Below are positions 1-14,076 of a stretch of 64,000 bases of DNA, piece by piece (position 1 is the first letter of the stretch; each line of letters starts with the position of its first letter). Below the pieces are notes generated by a model. The model searched no databases. It was not told where the DNA came from and saw nothing but the letters and a program-made list of their open reading frames with translations. The stretch is taken from NCBI GenBank assembly GCA_047602405.1, contig JASGHJ010000002.1, positions 1,472,001-1,536,000 on the forward strand, in the 5' to 3' direction. This stretch comes from Anaeromyxobacteraceae bacterium. Its GTDB lineage: Bacteria > Myxococcota > Myxococcia > Myxococcales > Anaeromyxobacteraceae. A program made the position numbers and the translations under genes.

Positions 1-1
1 C

Positions 2-229
2 CGGCCGCGCCCGAAGGGCGTGGTCGAGAAGTGCACCTTCTGCGTGCAGCGCACGCGCAAGGGGCTCTACCCGGCCTGCGCGGAGGTCTGCCCGGTGGGC
101 GCGCGCAAGTTCGGGAACCTGCTCGACCCGGAGAGCGAGATCCGCAAGGTGATGGAGACGAAGCGCGTCTTCATCCTGAAGGAGGAGCTCGCGACGCACC
201 CGCAGTTCTACTACTTCTACGCGACCTAG
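2..229 (+). CDS. C-terminal part (5'-truncated by window edge) of a 4Fe-4S dicluster electron-transfer subunit, NrfC/DsrO/QrcC type
   Basis: KGVVEKCTFCVQR...PACAEVCPVGARKFGNL motif; directly upstream of an NrfD-family membrane protein. Confidence 0.85.
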   Translation, partial: RPRPKGVVEKCTFCVQRTRKGLYPACAEVCPVGARKFGNLLDPESEIRKVMETKRVFILKEELATHPQFYYFYAT

Positions 230-241
230 AGAGCCCGCCCA

Positions 242-1498
242 ATGTCCGGAATCCTCGACTTCGTGAAGGGCTGCGTCCGCCAGGTGCTGACGGGCGGCCG
301 CGCCTACTGGGCGTGGATCGCGCTCCTGTTCGTGATGATCGCGGTGGGCGTCACCGCCTACGTGCACCAGGCCACCACCGGCCTCATCGCGACGAACATG
401 CGCGATCAGGTCTCCTGGGCGTTCTACATCGGCAACTTCACGTTCCTCGTCGGCGTGGCGGCGGCCGCGGTGCTGCTCGTCGTGCCGGCCTACGTCTACC
501 AGTGGAAGCCGATCAAGGAGGTCGTCGTCCTCGGCGAGCTCCTCGCGATCTCGGCGCTCATCATGTGCCTCCTGTTCATCACCGCGGACATGGGGCGCCC
601 GGACCGGGTGACGCACATGATGCCGCTCCTCGGCACGCCCAACTGGCCGCGCTCGATGCTCACCTGGGACGCGCTGGTGCTGAACACGTACCTCGCGGTC
701 AACCTGGTGCTGGTGGTCTACCTGCTCTTCAAGACCTACCGCGGCCAGTCGTACGACAAGCGGATCTTCCTCCCGCTCGTGCTCCTGTCGATCCCGGTCT
801 CGATCTCGACGCACACGGTGACGGCGTTCCTCTACAACGGCATGGCCGCCCGCCCGTACTGGAACGCGTCGATCCTGGCCCCGCGCTTCATCGCCTCCGC
901 GTTCTGCTCGGGGCCGGCGGTGATGATCATCCTCTTCCAGGTGCTCCGGAAGACGAACAAGCTGCCCATCAAGGACGAGGCCATCTGGAAGATCGCCGAG
1001 CTGATGGCGTACGCGATGTTCGTGAACCTGTTCCTGCTGGGCGCCGAGCTCTTCAAGGAGTACTACTCGGCGACCGAGCACCTCCTGTACACGCAGTACA
1101 TGTGGACCGGCATCGGGGAGCACCGCACCCTCGTGCCGTACGCCTGGCTCTCGCTCGCGGCGAGCACGGCGGCGTTCTTCCTGTTCCTCGTCCCGAGGAC
1201 CCGGAAGAACTACGTCACGCTCAACATCGGCGCGCTGCTCATCTGGGCCGGCGCCTACATCGAGAAGGGGATGGGGCTCCTCGTCCCCGGGTTCACCCCC
1301 GACACCCTGGGGGAGATCTACGAGTACTCGCCGTCCTTGACCGAATGGTCCCTCGCGGCGGGCGTCTTCGGCATCGGCTTTTTGGTCTTCACGATCCTCG
1401 TGAAGATCGCGACGCCGATCCTCGTCGGTACGTTCAGGGCCGAGGGGGCCCCCGCCCCTGGCGAGGACCCGCACTCCGCGGCCGCTCCGGCCGCATGA
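242..1498 (+). CDS. NrfD/PsrC/DsrP-family polytopic membrane subunit (polysulfide-reductase-like quinone-interacting anchor)
   Basis: About 10 hydrophobic segments; WAFYIGNFTFLVGVAAAA, DMGRPDR, HTVTAFL and PRFIASAFCSGPA motifs. Confidence 0.85.
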   Translation: MSGILDFVKGCVRQVLTGGRAYWAWIALLFVMIAVGVTAYVHQATTGLIATNMRDQVSWAFYIGNFTFLVGVAAAAVLLVVPAYVYQWKPIKEVVVLGELLAISALIMCLLFITADMGRPDRVTHMMPLLGTPNWPRSMLTWDALVLNTYLAVNLVLVVYLLFKTYRGQSYDKRIFLPLVLLSIPVSISTHTVTAFLYNGMAARPYWNASILAPRFIASAFCSGPAVMIILFQVLRKTNKLPIKDEAIWKIAELMAYAMFVNLFLLGAELFKEYYSATEHLLYTQYMWTGIGEHRTLVPYAWLSLAASTAAFFLFLVPRTRKNYVTLNIGALLIWAGAYIEKGMGLLVPGFTPDTLGEIYEYSPSLTEWSLAAGVFGIGFLVFTILVKIATPILVGTFRAEGAPAPGEDPHSAAAPAA

Positions 1499-1544
1499 CG
1501 TGACCCGCGGCAGGGACGCCGCGGGAAAGAAAGGGAAGGACACC

Positions 1545-1856
1545 ATGAAGAAGTTCGCGTTCGGCTTCGCGCTCCTCGCCGTCCTCTCCGTGGGCGCCGC
1601 CCGCGCCGACGATGCGAAGGCGGTCTTCGAGAAGAAGTGCGCCGTGTGCCACGGCAAGGACGGCCACCCGACGCCGATGGGCCAGAAGATGGGGGCGAAG
1701 GACCTGACCTCGCTGGCCGACCCGAAGGCCGACGTCGCCCCGGTCGTCGCGTCGATCACGAACGGCAAGCCGCCCAAGATGCAGGCGTTCAAGGGCAAGC
1801 TGACCGACGCGGAGATCGCCGACCTCGCGAAGTACATCCGCAACGGGATGAAGTAG
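1545..1856 (+). CDS. Small periplasmic class I monoheme cytochrome c (c6/c553-like)
   Basis: Signal peptide MKKFAFGFALLAVLSVGAARA, CAVCH heme motif, distal Met in KMQAF; purine-rich RBS before ATG 1545. Confidence 0.9.
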   Translation: MKKFAFGFALLAVLSVGAARADDAKAVFEKKCAVCHGKDGHPTPMGQKMGAKDLTSLADPKADVAPVVASITNGKPPKMQAFKGKLTDAEIADLAKYIRNGMK

Positions 1857-1920
1857 CTCCGGCGGCCTCGGGGCGCCGGGCCCTCGACCGGCGGGGTGCG
1901 TGGCACCCCGCCTCGGTGGT

Positions 1921-3030
1921 ATGTCCCGGCGCCTCGTGAGCCCCGCCGTCGCCCCAGCCCCGGCCTCGCCCCGCCTCGCCGCCCTCGACGCGGCGCGCGC
2001 GCTCGGTGTCGTCGCGATGGTGGTGGGGCACACCCTCGACGCCCTCCTCTCGCCCGCGGCCCGCCTCGAGCCCGCCGTCCAGGCCTACTGGTCCGCGCGC
2101 GGCTTCACGCTGCCGCTCTTCCTGACCGTCTCCGGCTGGGCGGTCGCGATGGCCCTCGGCCGGTCGCGGGCCACGGGGCTCGCGGTCCCGCGCGCGCGCC
2201 TCCCGCGCGTGCTCCTCCTGCTCGCGATCGGCTACGCCCTGCGCTGGCCCGGCTGGGACGCCGCGGGGCTCCGGGCGCTCTCGCCGGCGCCCTGGGCGCA
2301 CCTGCTCGCGTTCGACGCCCTGCACCTCATCGCGCTCTGCCTGCTCGCCGCCGCGCTGGTCTTCGCGCTGCCGCTCCGGACCCGCCCGCGCGCCCTGCTG
2401 TTCCTCGCGCTCGCCGTGCTCGCCGCCTCGCTCGGCCTCACGCCGCCCCGGCCCCTCGTCCCGCCCCCGGAGGCGCTCCCGCGCGGCGCCGCCCTGGCGC
2501 TCGCGCAGGCCGTCGGCGGCTCCTCGCCGTTCCCGCTCGTGCCCTGGGCGGCGCACTTCTTCGTGGGGGCGATCGTGGGGCTCGCCGCGCTCCACGACCC
2601 GCGGCGCACGCTCCGCGCGCTCGCGGCCGGCGGCGCCGCGCTCGTGCTCGCGACCGCCTGGACCGGGGTCGGGACGATGCCCGTCGGCCACCCGCTGCTC
2701 CTCGCCTACCGCACCGGCGTCGTGTCGCTCGCGCTCGCCGCGCTGTTCGCGGTGCCCGCCGGGGTCGCGCGCGCCGTGGCGCCGCTCGGGAAGGCCTCGC
2801 TGGCGGTGTACGCGGTGCACGTGCCGATCGTCTACGGCTGGTCGACGACGCCGGGCCTCGCCTGGCGCGTGGGCCCGGCCCTCGGCCTGCCGGCCGCGCT
2901 CGCCGTGGCGGCCGCCGTGCTCGCCTCGAGCTACGCGCTCACGCTCGCGTGGGGCACGGCGCGTCGCGCGGCGGCCGCGACGCTCGCCCGCGGCCGGGCG
3001 GGCGGAGCGGGTGATCCCGGCGCCGCGTGA
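1921..3030 (+). CDS. Membrane acyltransferase-like protein (DUF1624 / heparan-alpha-glucosaminide N-acetyltransferase-like)
   Basis: RLAALDAARALGVVAMVVGH N-terminal motif, FPLVPW and SLAVYAVH motifs, many TM helices. Confidence 0.7.
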   Translation: MSRRLVSPAVAPAPASPRLAALDAARALGVVAMVVGHTLDALLSPAARLEPAVQAYWSARGFTLPLFLTVSGWAVAMALGRSRATGLAVPRARLPRVLLLLAIGYALRWPGWDAAGLRALSPAPWAHLLAFDALHLIALCLLAAALVFALPLRTRPRALLFLALAVLAASLGLTPPRPLVPPPEALPRGAALALAQAVGGSSPFPLVPWAAHFFVGAIVGLAALHDPRRTLRALAAGGAALVLATAWTGVGTMPVGHPLLLAYRTGVVSLALAALFAVPAGVARAVAPLGKASLAVYAVHVPIVYGWSTTPGLAWRVGPALGLPAALAVAAAVLASSYALTLAWGTARRAAAATLARGRAGGAGDPGAA

Positions 3031-3069
3031 GGCGTGGCGGGCCGGCGGGCGCTCGGGTAGCTTGCGCGG

Positions 3070-4752
3070 ATGCCGCGCGCCCCGCTCCTCCCGGTCACGT
3101 TGCTCGCGTCGCTCCTCGCCGCGCCCCCGGCGCGCGCCGCCGAGGCCCCCGGGCGACCGGGCGCGCCCGTGGCGGTCGCGATCGTCGTCGACCAGCTCGG
3201 CGGCTGGCTCGCGGCGGAGCGGTGGCCCGCGCTGCCCGGGGACGGCGGGTTCGCGCGCCTCCGGCGAGAGGGCGCGTGGGTGCGGCAGCTGGAGTACCTG
3301 CACGCGAACACCGAGACCGCGCCCGGCCACGCCTCGCTCTTCACCGGGCGCACGCCGCGCGAGCACGGCATCCTCGCGAACGAGGTCGTCCGGGAGGATT
3401 TGCCGGGCAGGCCCCGGGGCTCGCTCCTCGAGGACCCGGCCACGCGCCTCGTGGGCGTGGCGAAGGAGCCCCCGGGGATCTCGCTCGCCCGGCTCGACGG
3501 CGACACGCTCGCGGACGCGCTCGTCGCCCGGGACCCGGCCGCCGTGGTGGTGGCGCTCTCCCAGAAGGACCGCGGCTCGCTGTTCGCCGCGGGCCGGCGG
3601 CCGCGGCTCGCGGCCTGGCTGGACCGCGACGGGAAGGGCGGCGCCGCCTGGGTGACCACGAGCGCATACCCGCCGCTGCCGGCCTGGCTCGTCGCCACCG
3701 CGCCCGACGTCACGAAGGCCTCTCCGCTCACCTGGGACCTCTCCGACCGCGGCTGGGTCGCCTCCCACGCCGGGACGCCCGACGACGCGCCCGGCGAGGA
3801 TGCGTCGGCGTGGGGCAGTCCCCGCTTCCCGCACGCGCTCGCGTCGGCCGTGGACGGCTGGCGCGCGTACCGGGCCGCGCCGTTCTCGAACGACCTCGTC
3901 GTCGACGCCGGCCTCGCGGCCGTGGCGCAGGTCCGCGATCCGGCGCACCCGATGCTGCTGTCCCTCTCGCTCTCCGGGCTCGACTACGTCGGGCACGCCT
4001 TCGGCACCGACTCCTGGGAGCACTGGGACGCGCTCCTCCGGCTCGACCGCACCCTCGCGCGGCTCCTCGACGGCCTCGATCGCGCGGTGGGGAAGGGCAG
4101 GTACACGGTCGTCCTCTCCGGCGACCACGGCATGGGCCCGATGCCGGAGGCGGTCCGCGCCCACCCGGCCGCGGCGTGCGGCGCGAGGGACCGCTGGGAG
4201 CGGCCCTGCGCGCCCGGCGCGCGCGTGCAGCTCGAGCCGGTGCGGGCGGCGCTCGACGCCGCGGTCGCGCGGGCGCTCGGCGCCCGGGGGGCGCCGGCGG
4301 GCCGGTACGTCGAGCGCTTCGTGGATCCGCTCGTCTGGCTCGGGCCGGAGGCCCTCGCCGCGCTCCCGGGCGCGCGCGGGACGATCGAGGCCGCGCTCGT
4401 GGAGGCGGCCGGGCGGATCCCGGGGGTCGCCGGCGCGTTCCCGGTCCACGAGGGGCCGTGCCCGGCGCCCGCGGACACCTCGCTCGCGGCGCTCGCGTGC
4501 CGTTCCACCCGGCCGGGGGTGGGCTTCGCGTACCTCGCCCTCGCGCCCGGCGCGAGCTTCGGGTACGAGGACGGCATGGGCCACGGGTCGCCGTGGCGCT
4601 ACGACCGGGCGGTGCCGCTCCTCGCCTCCGGCCCGGGGATCGCCCGCGGGAAGGCGATCGAGCGCGGCACCTTCGGGAGCTACCGCGCGACGCTCTGGTG
4701 GGCGCTCACCGGCGAGGCGAGCCCCGACCCGTACGGCGGGGTGGTCCGGTAG
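3070..4752 (+). CDS. Secreted alkaline phosphatase / nucleotide pyrophosphatase superfamily protein (PafA-like)
   Basis: Signal peptide; IVVDQL, TETAPGHASLFTG (Thr nucleophile), DYVGHAFG, SGDHG and HGSPWRYDRAVP motifs. Confidence 0.85.
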   Translation: MPRAPLLPVTLLASLLAAPPARAAEAPGRPGAPVAVAIVVDQLGGWLAAERWPALPGDGGFARLRREGAWVRQLEYLHANTETAPGHASLFTGRTPREHGILANEVVREDLPGRPRGSLLEDPATRLVGVAKEPPGISLARLDGDTLADALVARDPAAVVVALSQKDRGSLFAAGRRPRLAAWLDRDGKGGAAWVTTSAYPPLPAWLVATAPDVTKASPLTWDLSDRGWVASHAGTPDDAPGEDASAWGSPRFPHALASAVDGWRAYRAAPFSNDLVVDAGLAAVAQVRDPAHPMLLSLSLSGLDYVGHAFGTDSWEHWDALLRLDRTLARLLDGLDRAVGKGRYTVVLSGDHGMGPMPEAVRAHPAAACGARDRWERPCAPGARVQLEPVRAALDAAVARALGARGAPAGRYVERFVDPLVWLGPEALAALPGARGTIEAALVEAAGRIPGVAGAFPVHEGPCPAPADTSLAALACRSTRPGVGFAYLALAPGASFGYEDGMGHGSPWRYDRAVPLLASGPGIARGKAIERGTFGSYRATLWWALTGEASPDPYGGVVR

Positions 4753-8435
<3,683 letters not shown>

Positions 8436-8456
8436 CTAGCACGCCCCGCGCCCGCG

Positions 8457-9662
8457 CTACATCCGGTACCGCCGCACCGCCTCGCCGAGCCGCTTCGAGA
8501 CCTCGGTGAGCGCGAGCGTGCCGGACTCGATCTTCCGGGTGCCCTCGGCGCTCTCGTGGATTGCGCGGGAGAGCTCGGTGATGGCCGAGACCATCTGGTC
8601 GACGCCGATGGTCTGCTGGCGGGTGTTGTTGGCGATCTGGCGCGCGGCGACGGCGGACTCGCGGATGACGGTCGCGAGCCCCTCGATGGCCTCGCCGGCG
8701 CTCCGGGCGAGCGCCATCGCGCCGCCGGCGCGCTTCGAGCCCTCGTCGGTCGCGGCGGCGGCCTCGCGGGCGCTGCGCTGGATCTCCTGGAGGATGGCGC
8801 GGATCTGCACCGCCGCCTGCTTCGACTGCTCGGCGAGGTTGCGCATCTCCATCGCGACCACGGCGAAGCCGCGCCCGTGCTCGCCCGCCTTGGTCGCCTC
8901 GATGGAGGCGTTGAGCGCGAGGAGGTTCGACTGCTCGGCGAGATCCTTCACCGAGGTGATGATCTCGCCCACCTGCAGCGTGCGCTCGGCGAGCCCGGAC
9001 ATCGTCGCCGCGATCCGGTTCACCTGCTCGCCGAGGCTCGCGCTCGCCGACACCGCCTCCTCGACCGTCTCGAGGCCGGCGTGGGAGAGCTCGTCGGACC
9101 GCTTCGTCATCTCGATGACCGAGTCGGCGTGCTGGGTGGCCTGCTTGGAGGTCTGGCTGATCTCGAGGGCGGTGGTGGAGGTCTCGGTGATGGCCGCCGC
9201 CTGCTCGGCCGACATCGCGGCCTGGCGGGAGAGCGAGCCGAGGATGTCGTGGGCGCCCTGATCGAGCGCCTGCGAGGACTGGCGGAGGTCGCCGAGCGTC
9301 GCCTGGAGCTGCTCGATCATCGCCGCGAAGGAGGCCGCGAGGTCGGCCACCTCGGCGGTCCCCTCGGTCCCGACCCGCGCGGTGAGGTCGCCGGCGGCGA
9401 CGGCCGCCGCGGCGTTGCGGAGATCCTCGAGCGGCCCGGTCACGCGCCGGGCGAGGATCCAGGCGGCGAGCGTGGCGGCCGCGCAGGAGGCGACCGCCAC
9501 GGCGACGGAAGACCAGAGCGCGCCGTCCGAGACCCCGCCCGCGGAGGCGAGCCGGATGGCGAGCTGGATCGCGGAGGCGAACGCCGCGGCGAGGGCGGCG
9601 AGGCCGGCGATGCGGAAGCGGAGGCCCAGGCGGCGGCCGGCGGGCACGGCGGAGGACGCCAT
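8457..9662 (-). CDS. Methyl-accepting chemotaxis protein with two TM helices, HAMP domain and no periplasmic sensor domain
   Basis: [40 protein letters not shown] signalling hairpin; HAMP GDLTARV...EVADLA. Confidence 0.93.
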   Translation of the reverse strand: MASSAVPAGRRLGLRFRIAGLAALAAAFASAIQLAIRLASAGGVSDGALWSSVAVAVASCAAATLAAWILARRVTGPLEDLRNAAAAVAAGDLTARVGTEGTAEVADLAASFAAMIEQLQATLGDLRQSSQALDQGAHDILGSLSRQAAMSAEQAAAITETSTTALEISQTSKQATQHADSVIEMTKRSDELSHAGLETVEEAVSASASLGEQVNRIAATMSGLAERTLQVGEIITSVKDLAEQSNLLALNASIEATKAGEHGRGFAVVAMEMRNLAEQSKQAAVQIRAILQEIQRSAREAAAATDEGSKRAGGAMALARSAGEAIEGLATVIRESAVAARQIANNTRQQTIGVDQMVSAITELSRAIHESAEGTRKIESGTLALTEVSKRLGEAVRRYRM

Positions 9663-9723
9663 GCCCGCCCTTCTACCAGGGCCGGACCCCGCCCGGAAGT
9701 TCGAGACCGCGCCGGACGGGTCC

Positions 9724-11205
9724 TCAGGGCAGGACGCGGAGCGCGGCCGCCCCGGCGCCGGTCGCCACGTGGAGCGTGGGCGGGTTCGCCATCCGGTCCA
9801 CCTCGAGCGACTGCACGTCGTCGGAGGGCAAGAGGCCGTTCGCCGCGTTCACCGGCGCGGAGGTGCCCTTCGCCGGGTCCCAGATCACGACGCCGGTGCG
9901 CGCGCCGGCGAGGGCGAGGCGCCCGTCGGGCAGGCAGGCCAGGTCCTGCACCCCCGCCTCCGCGAGCCCCGCCGCCGAGGGCGGGTAGGGGGTGAGCGTG
10001 CGGCCGTCCCAGACCGCGATGGCGTGGCCGAGGTCGCGGGCGAGCCCGTCCTGGACGCCGGTGCTCGCGAACCAGACCCGGCCGTCCGGGCAGACGCTGA
10101 CCGCCGAGAGGTGCACCTCGTGGCCCTCCTTCGCGACCTCGAAGATGGGCGTGCTCCCGCCGCCGCCCGGCCCGTAGTACGGGTCGCCGAAGGCCGCCGC
10201 GAACGCGGCGCCGTCCCGGAAGTGCCAGTTGGCGGGGTCGGGGTCCCAGGTGATGAGGCCGGCGGTCCACTTCCCCGCGTGCCAGAGCGCGCCGTGCGCG
10301 TCGACGTCGAGCCCCATCCAGTCGCCCATCCGGGAGTCCTCGCGCACCGCGCACGCGACCTCGAAGCAGACGCGCGCGTGGAGGTGGTCGCCCATGTACT
10401 CCTTCTGCTGCGCGTCGAACCACTCGCCCGGGAGCGGCGCCCGCCACTTGTCGGGGAAGAGGATGTCCACGCCGTGCTCGGTCGCGGCGTAGAGCGTCCC
10501 CCGGTTCACGAAGTGGTCGAAGGCCATCCGGTTCACGGTCCGATCGTGCCAGTACTTCCCGCCCATCCCGGTGGTCGCGAGGTTGAAGCGGATCACCTTC
10601 AGGGTGCCGTCGGGCTGCAGCCGGACCCAGTCGATCTTGCCGGTGTGGCGGAGCGGATCGCAGTCGTCCCACTCCTGGCCGGCCTGGCAGAGGAGCGGAT
10701 CGGTGTGGGCGCCCCAGTAGCCCACGAAGACCTCGCCGGCGCGGCCGCCCTCCACCGAGCGGATGCCCGGGTCCACCGCGGCGCCGCTCGAGAGGGAGCC
10801 GCCGGCGCACGCCTCGCCCGGCTGCAGCTCCCGGTTGTCGCAGTACCGGGCGGGGTTCGACTGCAGGTGAAGCCCGTCCGCGGCGTCGTAGCGCCGCGCG
10901 GCCGTCTCGCCGGGCTTCACGAGGTAGAGCGCCGACTCCGTCGCGATCCACCGGTTCTGGGCCTCGTCGGTGGTGAGCCCCACGACCGGGTGTTCCCGGA
11001 TGCCCTGGGCATCGCCGTAGGTGACGTTCGCGACGTCCCACGGGCCCTTCGTCCCGAAGGTGAAGCCGCCGCCGCCGGACCCGCCGCCGTCCCCGGGGCC
11101 GTGCCCGCCGCCAGGCCCGCCCGGCTTCGCGGGGTCCGCGCCACACCCCGCGAGCCACACGCCCACCACCGCTCCGACCACCTGCCCGATCCCTCGCATC
11201 CCCAC
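9724..11205 (-). CDS. Lipoprotein, probable beta-propeller, myxobacterial type
   Basis: Lipobox WLAGC followed by a Gly/Pro linker; repeated beta-rich blades ([21 protein letters not shown]). Confidence 0.6.
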   Translation of the reverse strand: MGMRGIGQVVGAVVGVWLAGCGADPAKPGGPGGGHGPGDGGGSGGGGFTFGTKGPWDVANVTYGDAQGIREHPVVGLTTDEAQNRWIATESALYLVKPGETAARRYDAADGLHLQSNPARYCDNRELQPGEACAGGSLSSGAAVDPGIRSVEGGRAGEVFVGYWGAHTDPLLCQAGQEWDDCDPLRHTGKIDWVRLQPDGTLKVIRFNLATTGMGGKYWHDRTVNRMAFDHFVNRGTLYAATEHGVDILFPDKWRAPLPGEWFDAQQKEYMGDHLHARVCFEVACAVREDSRMGDWMGLDVDAHGALWHAGKWTAGLITWDPDPANWHFRDGAAFAAAFGDPYYGPGGGGSTPIFEVAKEGHEVHLSAVSVCPDGRVWFASTGVQDGLARDLGHAIAVWDGRTLTPYPPSAAGLAEAGVQDLACLPDGRLALAGARTGVVIWDPAKGTSAPVNAANGLLPSDDVQSLEVDRMANPPTLHVATGAGAAALRVLP

Positions 11206-11407
11206 CCCCCGTTCGCCCGGTCACCGGGCGGCGCGCCCACGCCATGCGACCGCCGGGCCAGCGGCGAACCGCGCGGAATTGCACCCGGGCGCGTGGAAGC
11301 GGATGGCCACGGAGGGGAAGCGCGCTTCCTCACGGTGGGCGAACGCCGCGCGATCGAGGGACGTGCCGCTCGGTGCGCGGGCGGGCGGCCTTTGCTACCC
11401 TCCCGGT

Positions 11408-12439
11408 ATGCTGCCGCCGCTGCCGCCGCGGATCCCGCTCGCCCGCCTGCCCACGCCGGTCGAGCCGTCGCCGCGGCTGGGCGCGGCGCTCGGCGTCGAC
11501 CTCCTCTACAAGCGGGACGACCTGACCGGGCTCGAGCTGTCCGGCAACAAGGCGCGCAAGCTCGAGTTCCTCGTCGCCGAGGCCGAGGCCGTGGGCGCCG
11601 ACACGCTCGTGACCTGCGGCGGCGTGCAGTCCAACCACTGCCGCGCCACCGCCTTCGCCGCCGCGAAGCGGGGGCTCCGCGCGGTGCTGCTCCTGCGCGT
11701 GCCGGACCCGGCGCACCCGCCCGCGCCGGAGGGCAACGTCGTCCTCGACCGGCTCTCCGGCGCCGAGCTGCGCTACGTCACCGCCGAGGCGTACGGGCGC
11801 CGCGACGAGGTGATGGCCGGGGTCGCGCGGGAGCTCCGCGCCGCGGGGCGGAGGCCCTACGTCATCCCGGAGGGCGGCTCGAGCGCGCTCGGCACCTGGG
11901 GCTACGCGCTCGCCGTGCAGGAGCTCCTCGAGCAGCTCCCGCCGCCATGGCGGGAGGGGCCGCTCACCCTCGCGTACGCGACGGGCTCCGGCGGCACGGC
12001 CGCGGGGGTGGAGCTCGGCGTGCGCCTCGCGGGCTGGCGGCACGCGCACCCGGTCGCCTTCGCCGTCTGCAACGACGCCCCGTACTTCCGCGCCGTGGTC
12101 GGGCGGCTCTGCGCCGAGGCCCGCGCGCGCTGGCCCGAGCTCCCCGAGGTGCCCCCGCAGGAGGTCCGGATCGACGACGGCTTCGTCGGGCCGGGCTACG
12201 CGCAGGCGACCGAGGAGGGGCTCGCCCTGATCCGGCGCGCCGCCCGGGAGGACGGCGTGCTCCTCGATCCGGTCTACACCGGCAAGGCGCTCCTCGGCGT
12301 CGCGGGCCGCGCCCGCCAGCCGGGCGGGCTCCCGTCCCCCCGGGTCGTCCTCTTCCACACCGGCGGGGCGTTCGGGGCGTTCCCCTGGGCCGCCCGGCTG
12401 CTGGCCGATGGCGCCGGGTCCACCGGGGGTGCAACTTGA
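11408..12439 (+). CDS. PLP-dependent D-cysteine desulfhydrase / ACC deaminase family protein
   Basis: KRDDLTGLELSGNKARKLEFL, GGVQSNHCR, IPEGGS, GSGGT, LDPVYTGK and FHTGG motifs. Confidence 0.9.
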   Translation: MLPPLPPRIPLARLPTPVEPSPRLGAALGVDLLYKRDDLTGLELSGNKARKLEFLVAEAEAVGADTLVTCGGVQSNHCRATAFAAAKRGLRAVLLLRVPDPAHPPAPEGNVVLDRLSGAELRYVTAEAYGRRDEVMAGVARELRAAGRRPYVIPEGGSSALGTWGYALAVQELLEQLPPPWREGPLTLAYATGSGGTAAGVELGVRLAGWRHAHPVAFAVCNDAPYFRAVVGRLCAEARARWPELPEVPPQEVRIDDGFVGPGYAQATEEGLALIRRAAREDGVLLDPVYTGKALLGVAGRARQPGGLPSPRVVLFHTGGAFGAFPWAARLLADGAGSTGGAT

Positions 12440-12447
12440 AGAACGGC

Positions 12448-13647
12448 ATGGAGCGCACCGGCCTCGTCCTCTCCGGCGGCGGCGCCCGGGCGGCCTACCA
12501 GATCGGCGCGCTGCGGGCGATCCAGGAGATCGTCGGGCCCGGGCAGCTCCCGTTCGACGTCGTGACGGGGCTGTCGGCGGGCGCGATCAACGCCGTCGGC
12601 CTCGCCACGATGGCCGACGACTTCGAGGCGGTGATCGGGCGGCTCACGGAGGTCTGGAGCAACCTCACCCCGGATCAGGTCTTCCGCACCGGCACGTTCC
12701 GGCTCGCGGGCATCGGCTCGCGCTGGATCCGCGATCTCTCGGCGGGCGGGCTCCTGGGCTCCTCCGGGATCAACTACCTCCTCGACCCGGCGCCGCTCCG
12801 GTCGCTCGTCACCTCGGTGATGCCGCTGGGGCGGATGCGGCGGAACCTCCGGGCCGGGCGGGTCCACGCCGTCGCCGTCTCCGCGACGAGCTACCACACC
12901 GGCGCGGGCGTCACCTTCTTCGAGGGCTCCTCCGAGGTGAAGCCGTGGGCCCGCTCGACCCGGCTCGGCGTGCGCTCGCGGATCACCATCGACCACGTCA
13001 TGGCGTCGGCGGCGATCCCGGTCTTCTTCCCGCCGGTGCGGATCGGGGAGCGCTTCTACGGCGACGGGTGCGTGCGGATGAGCCACCCCCTGTCGCCGGC
13101 GATCCACCTCGGCGCCCGGCGCATCGTCGCGGTCACGGTGAAGTACCTCCGCCCGCCGCACGAGACGCGCAGCCGCGAGGCCGAGGACGGCGCCCCGGAC
13201 CCCGCGCTGTCGCTCTCCGACATCGCGGGCGTGCTGCTCAACGCGGTGTTCCTCGACTCGGTCGACTCCGACCTCGAGCGGCTCGACCGCATCAACAAGA
13301 CCCTCGCGCTCGTGCCCGAGGACCGGCGCACGCCCGGTGACGTCGAGCTGCGCGAGATCCCGGTGCTGGTGCTGCGGCCGTCGCTCGACCTCGGGAAGCT
13401 GGCGAAGGACGAGTACCTCCGCTTCCCGCGCATGCTGCGGTTCCTCCTGCGCGGCATCGGCGCGTCCAGCTCGGGCGGGGCCGACCTCCTCTCGTACCTC
13501 GCCTTCGAGCCCTTCTACCTGCGGCGCGTGATGGAGCTCGGGCGCTCCGACACGCTGGCCCGCAGGGACGAGGTCGAGGCGTTCCTGCTCGGCGGCGAGG
13601 CGACGCGGTCCCGCCCGCGCCCGCGGGTGGTCGAGCCGGCGGGGTAG
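12448..13647 (+). CDS. Patatin-like phospholipase
   Basis: LVLSGGGARAAYQIG, GLSAG nucleophile motif, MASAAIPVFFP, DG(C) motif. Confidence 0.9.
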   Translation: MERTGLVLSGGGARAAYQIGALRAIQEIVGPGQLPFDVVTGLSAGAINAVGLATMADDFEAVIGRLTEVWSNLTPDQVFRTGTFRLAGIGSRWIRDLSAGGLLGSSGINYLLDPAPLRSLVTSVMPLGRMRRNLRAGRVHAVAVSATSYHTGAGVTFFEGSSEVKPWARSTRLGVRSRITIDHVMASAAIPVFFPPVRIGERFYGDGCVRMSHPLSPAIHLGARRIVAVTVKYLRPPHETRSREAEDGAPDPALSLSDIAGVLLNAVFLDSVDSDLERLDRINKTLALVPEDRRTPGDVELREIPVLVLRPSLDLGKLAKDEYLRFPRMLRFLLRGIGASSSGGADLLSYLAFEPFYLRRVMELGRSDTLARRDEVEAFLLGGEATRSRPRPRVVEPAG

Positions 13648-13654
13648 CGTCCGG

Positions 13655-14074
13655 TCAGGGCCGCACCCCGGGCGCCGGCGCGGGCGGCTTCGAAGCCGGC
13701 TCCTGGTGGAGCTCGATCCGGCCGCGCCGGGCGCTCCCCTCCGGGCCGGCCTCGGCCGCGAGGTAGACCGGCCGCGCGGACGGCGCCATCGCGAGGCTGT
13801 CCTTGTTGCAGACCTCCACGCACACCCCGCAGGCGACGCAGCGCAGGTGCTCGAGGGCGAAGGTGCGGGCCTCCTTCGAGACCGCGATGGCGGCCGCCGG
13901 GCAGCGGCGAGCGCACAGCCCGCAGAAGACGCAGGACGCGATGTCGACGGCCACGTGGCCGCGGGCCAGCGGCACGGGCGGCCGGACCTCGGCCGGGTAG
14001 CGCCGGGTCGCGGGCCTCGAGACGAGGTTCCTGAGCGCGAGCGGCAGGAGCGGGAGCTTCAGCGGGTTCGCCAT
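13655..14074 (-). CDS. echF: Ech hydrogenase 2x[4Fe-4S] subunit
   Basis: PATRRYP; CVFCGLCARRCP and CVACGVCVEVC motifs; last gene of the ech operon. Confidence 0.85.
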   Translation of the reverse strand: MANPLKLPLLPLALRNLVSRPATRRYPAEVRPPVPLARGHVAVDIASCVFCGLCARRCPAAAIAVSKEARTFALEHLRCVACGVCVEVCNKDSLAMAPSARPVYLAAEAGPEGSARRGRIELHQEPASKPPAPAPGVRP

Positions 14075-14076
14075 CG

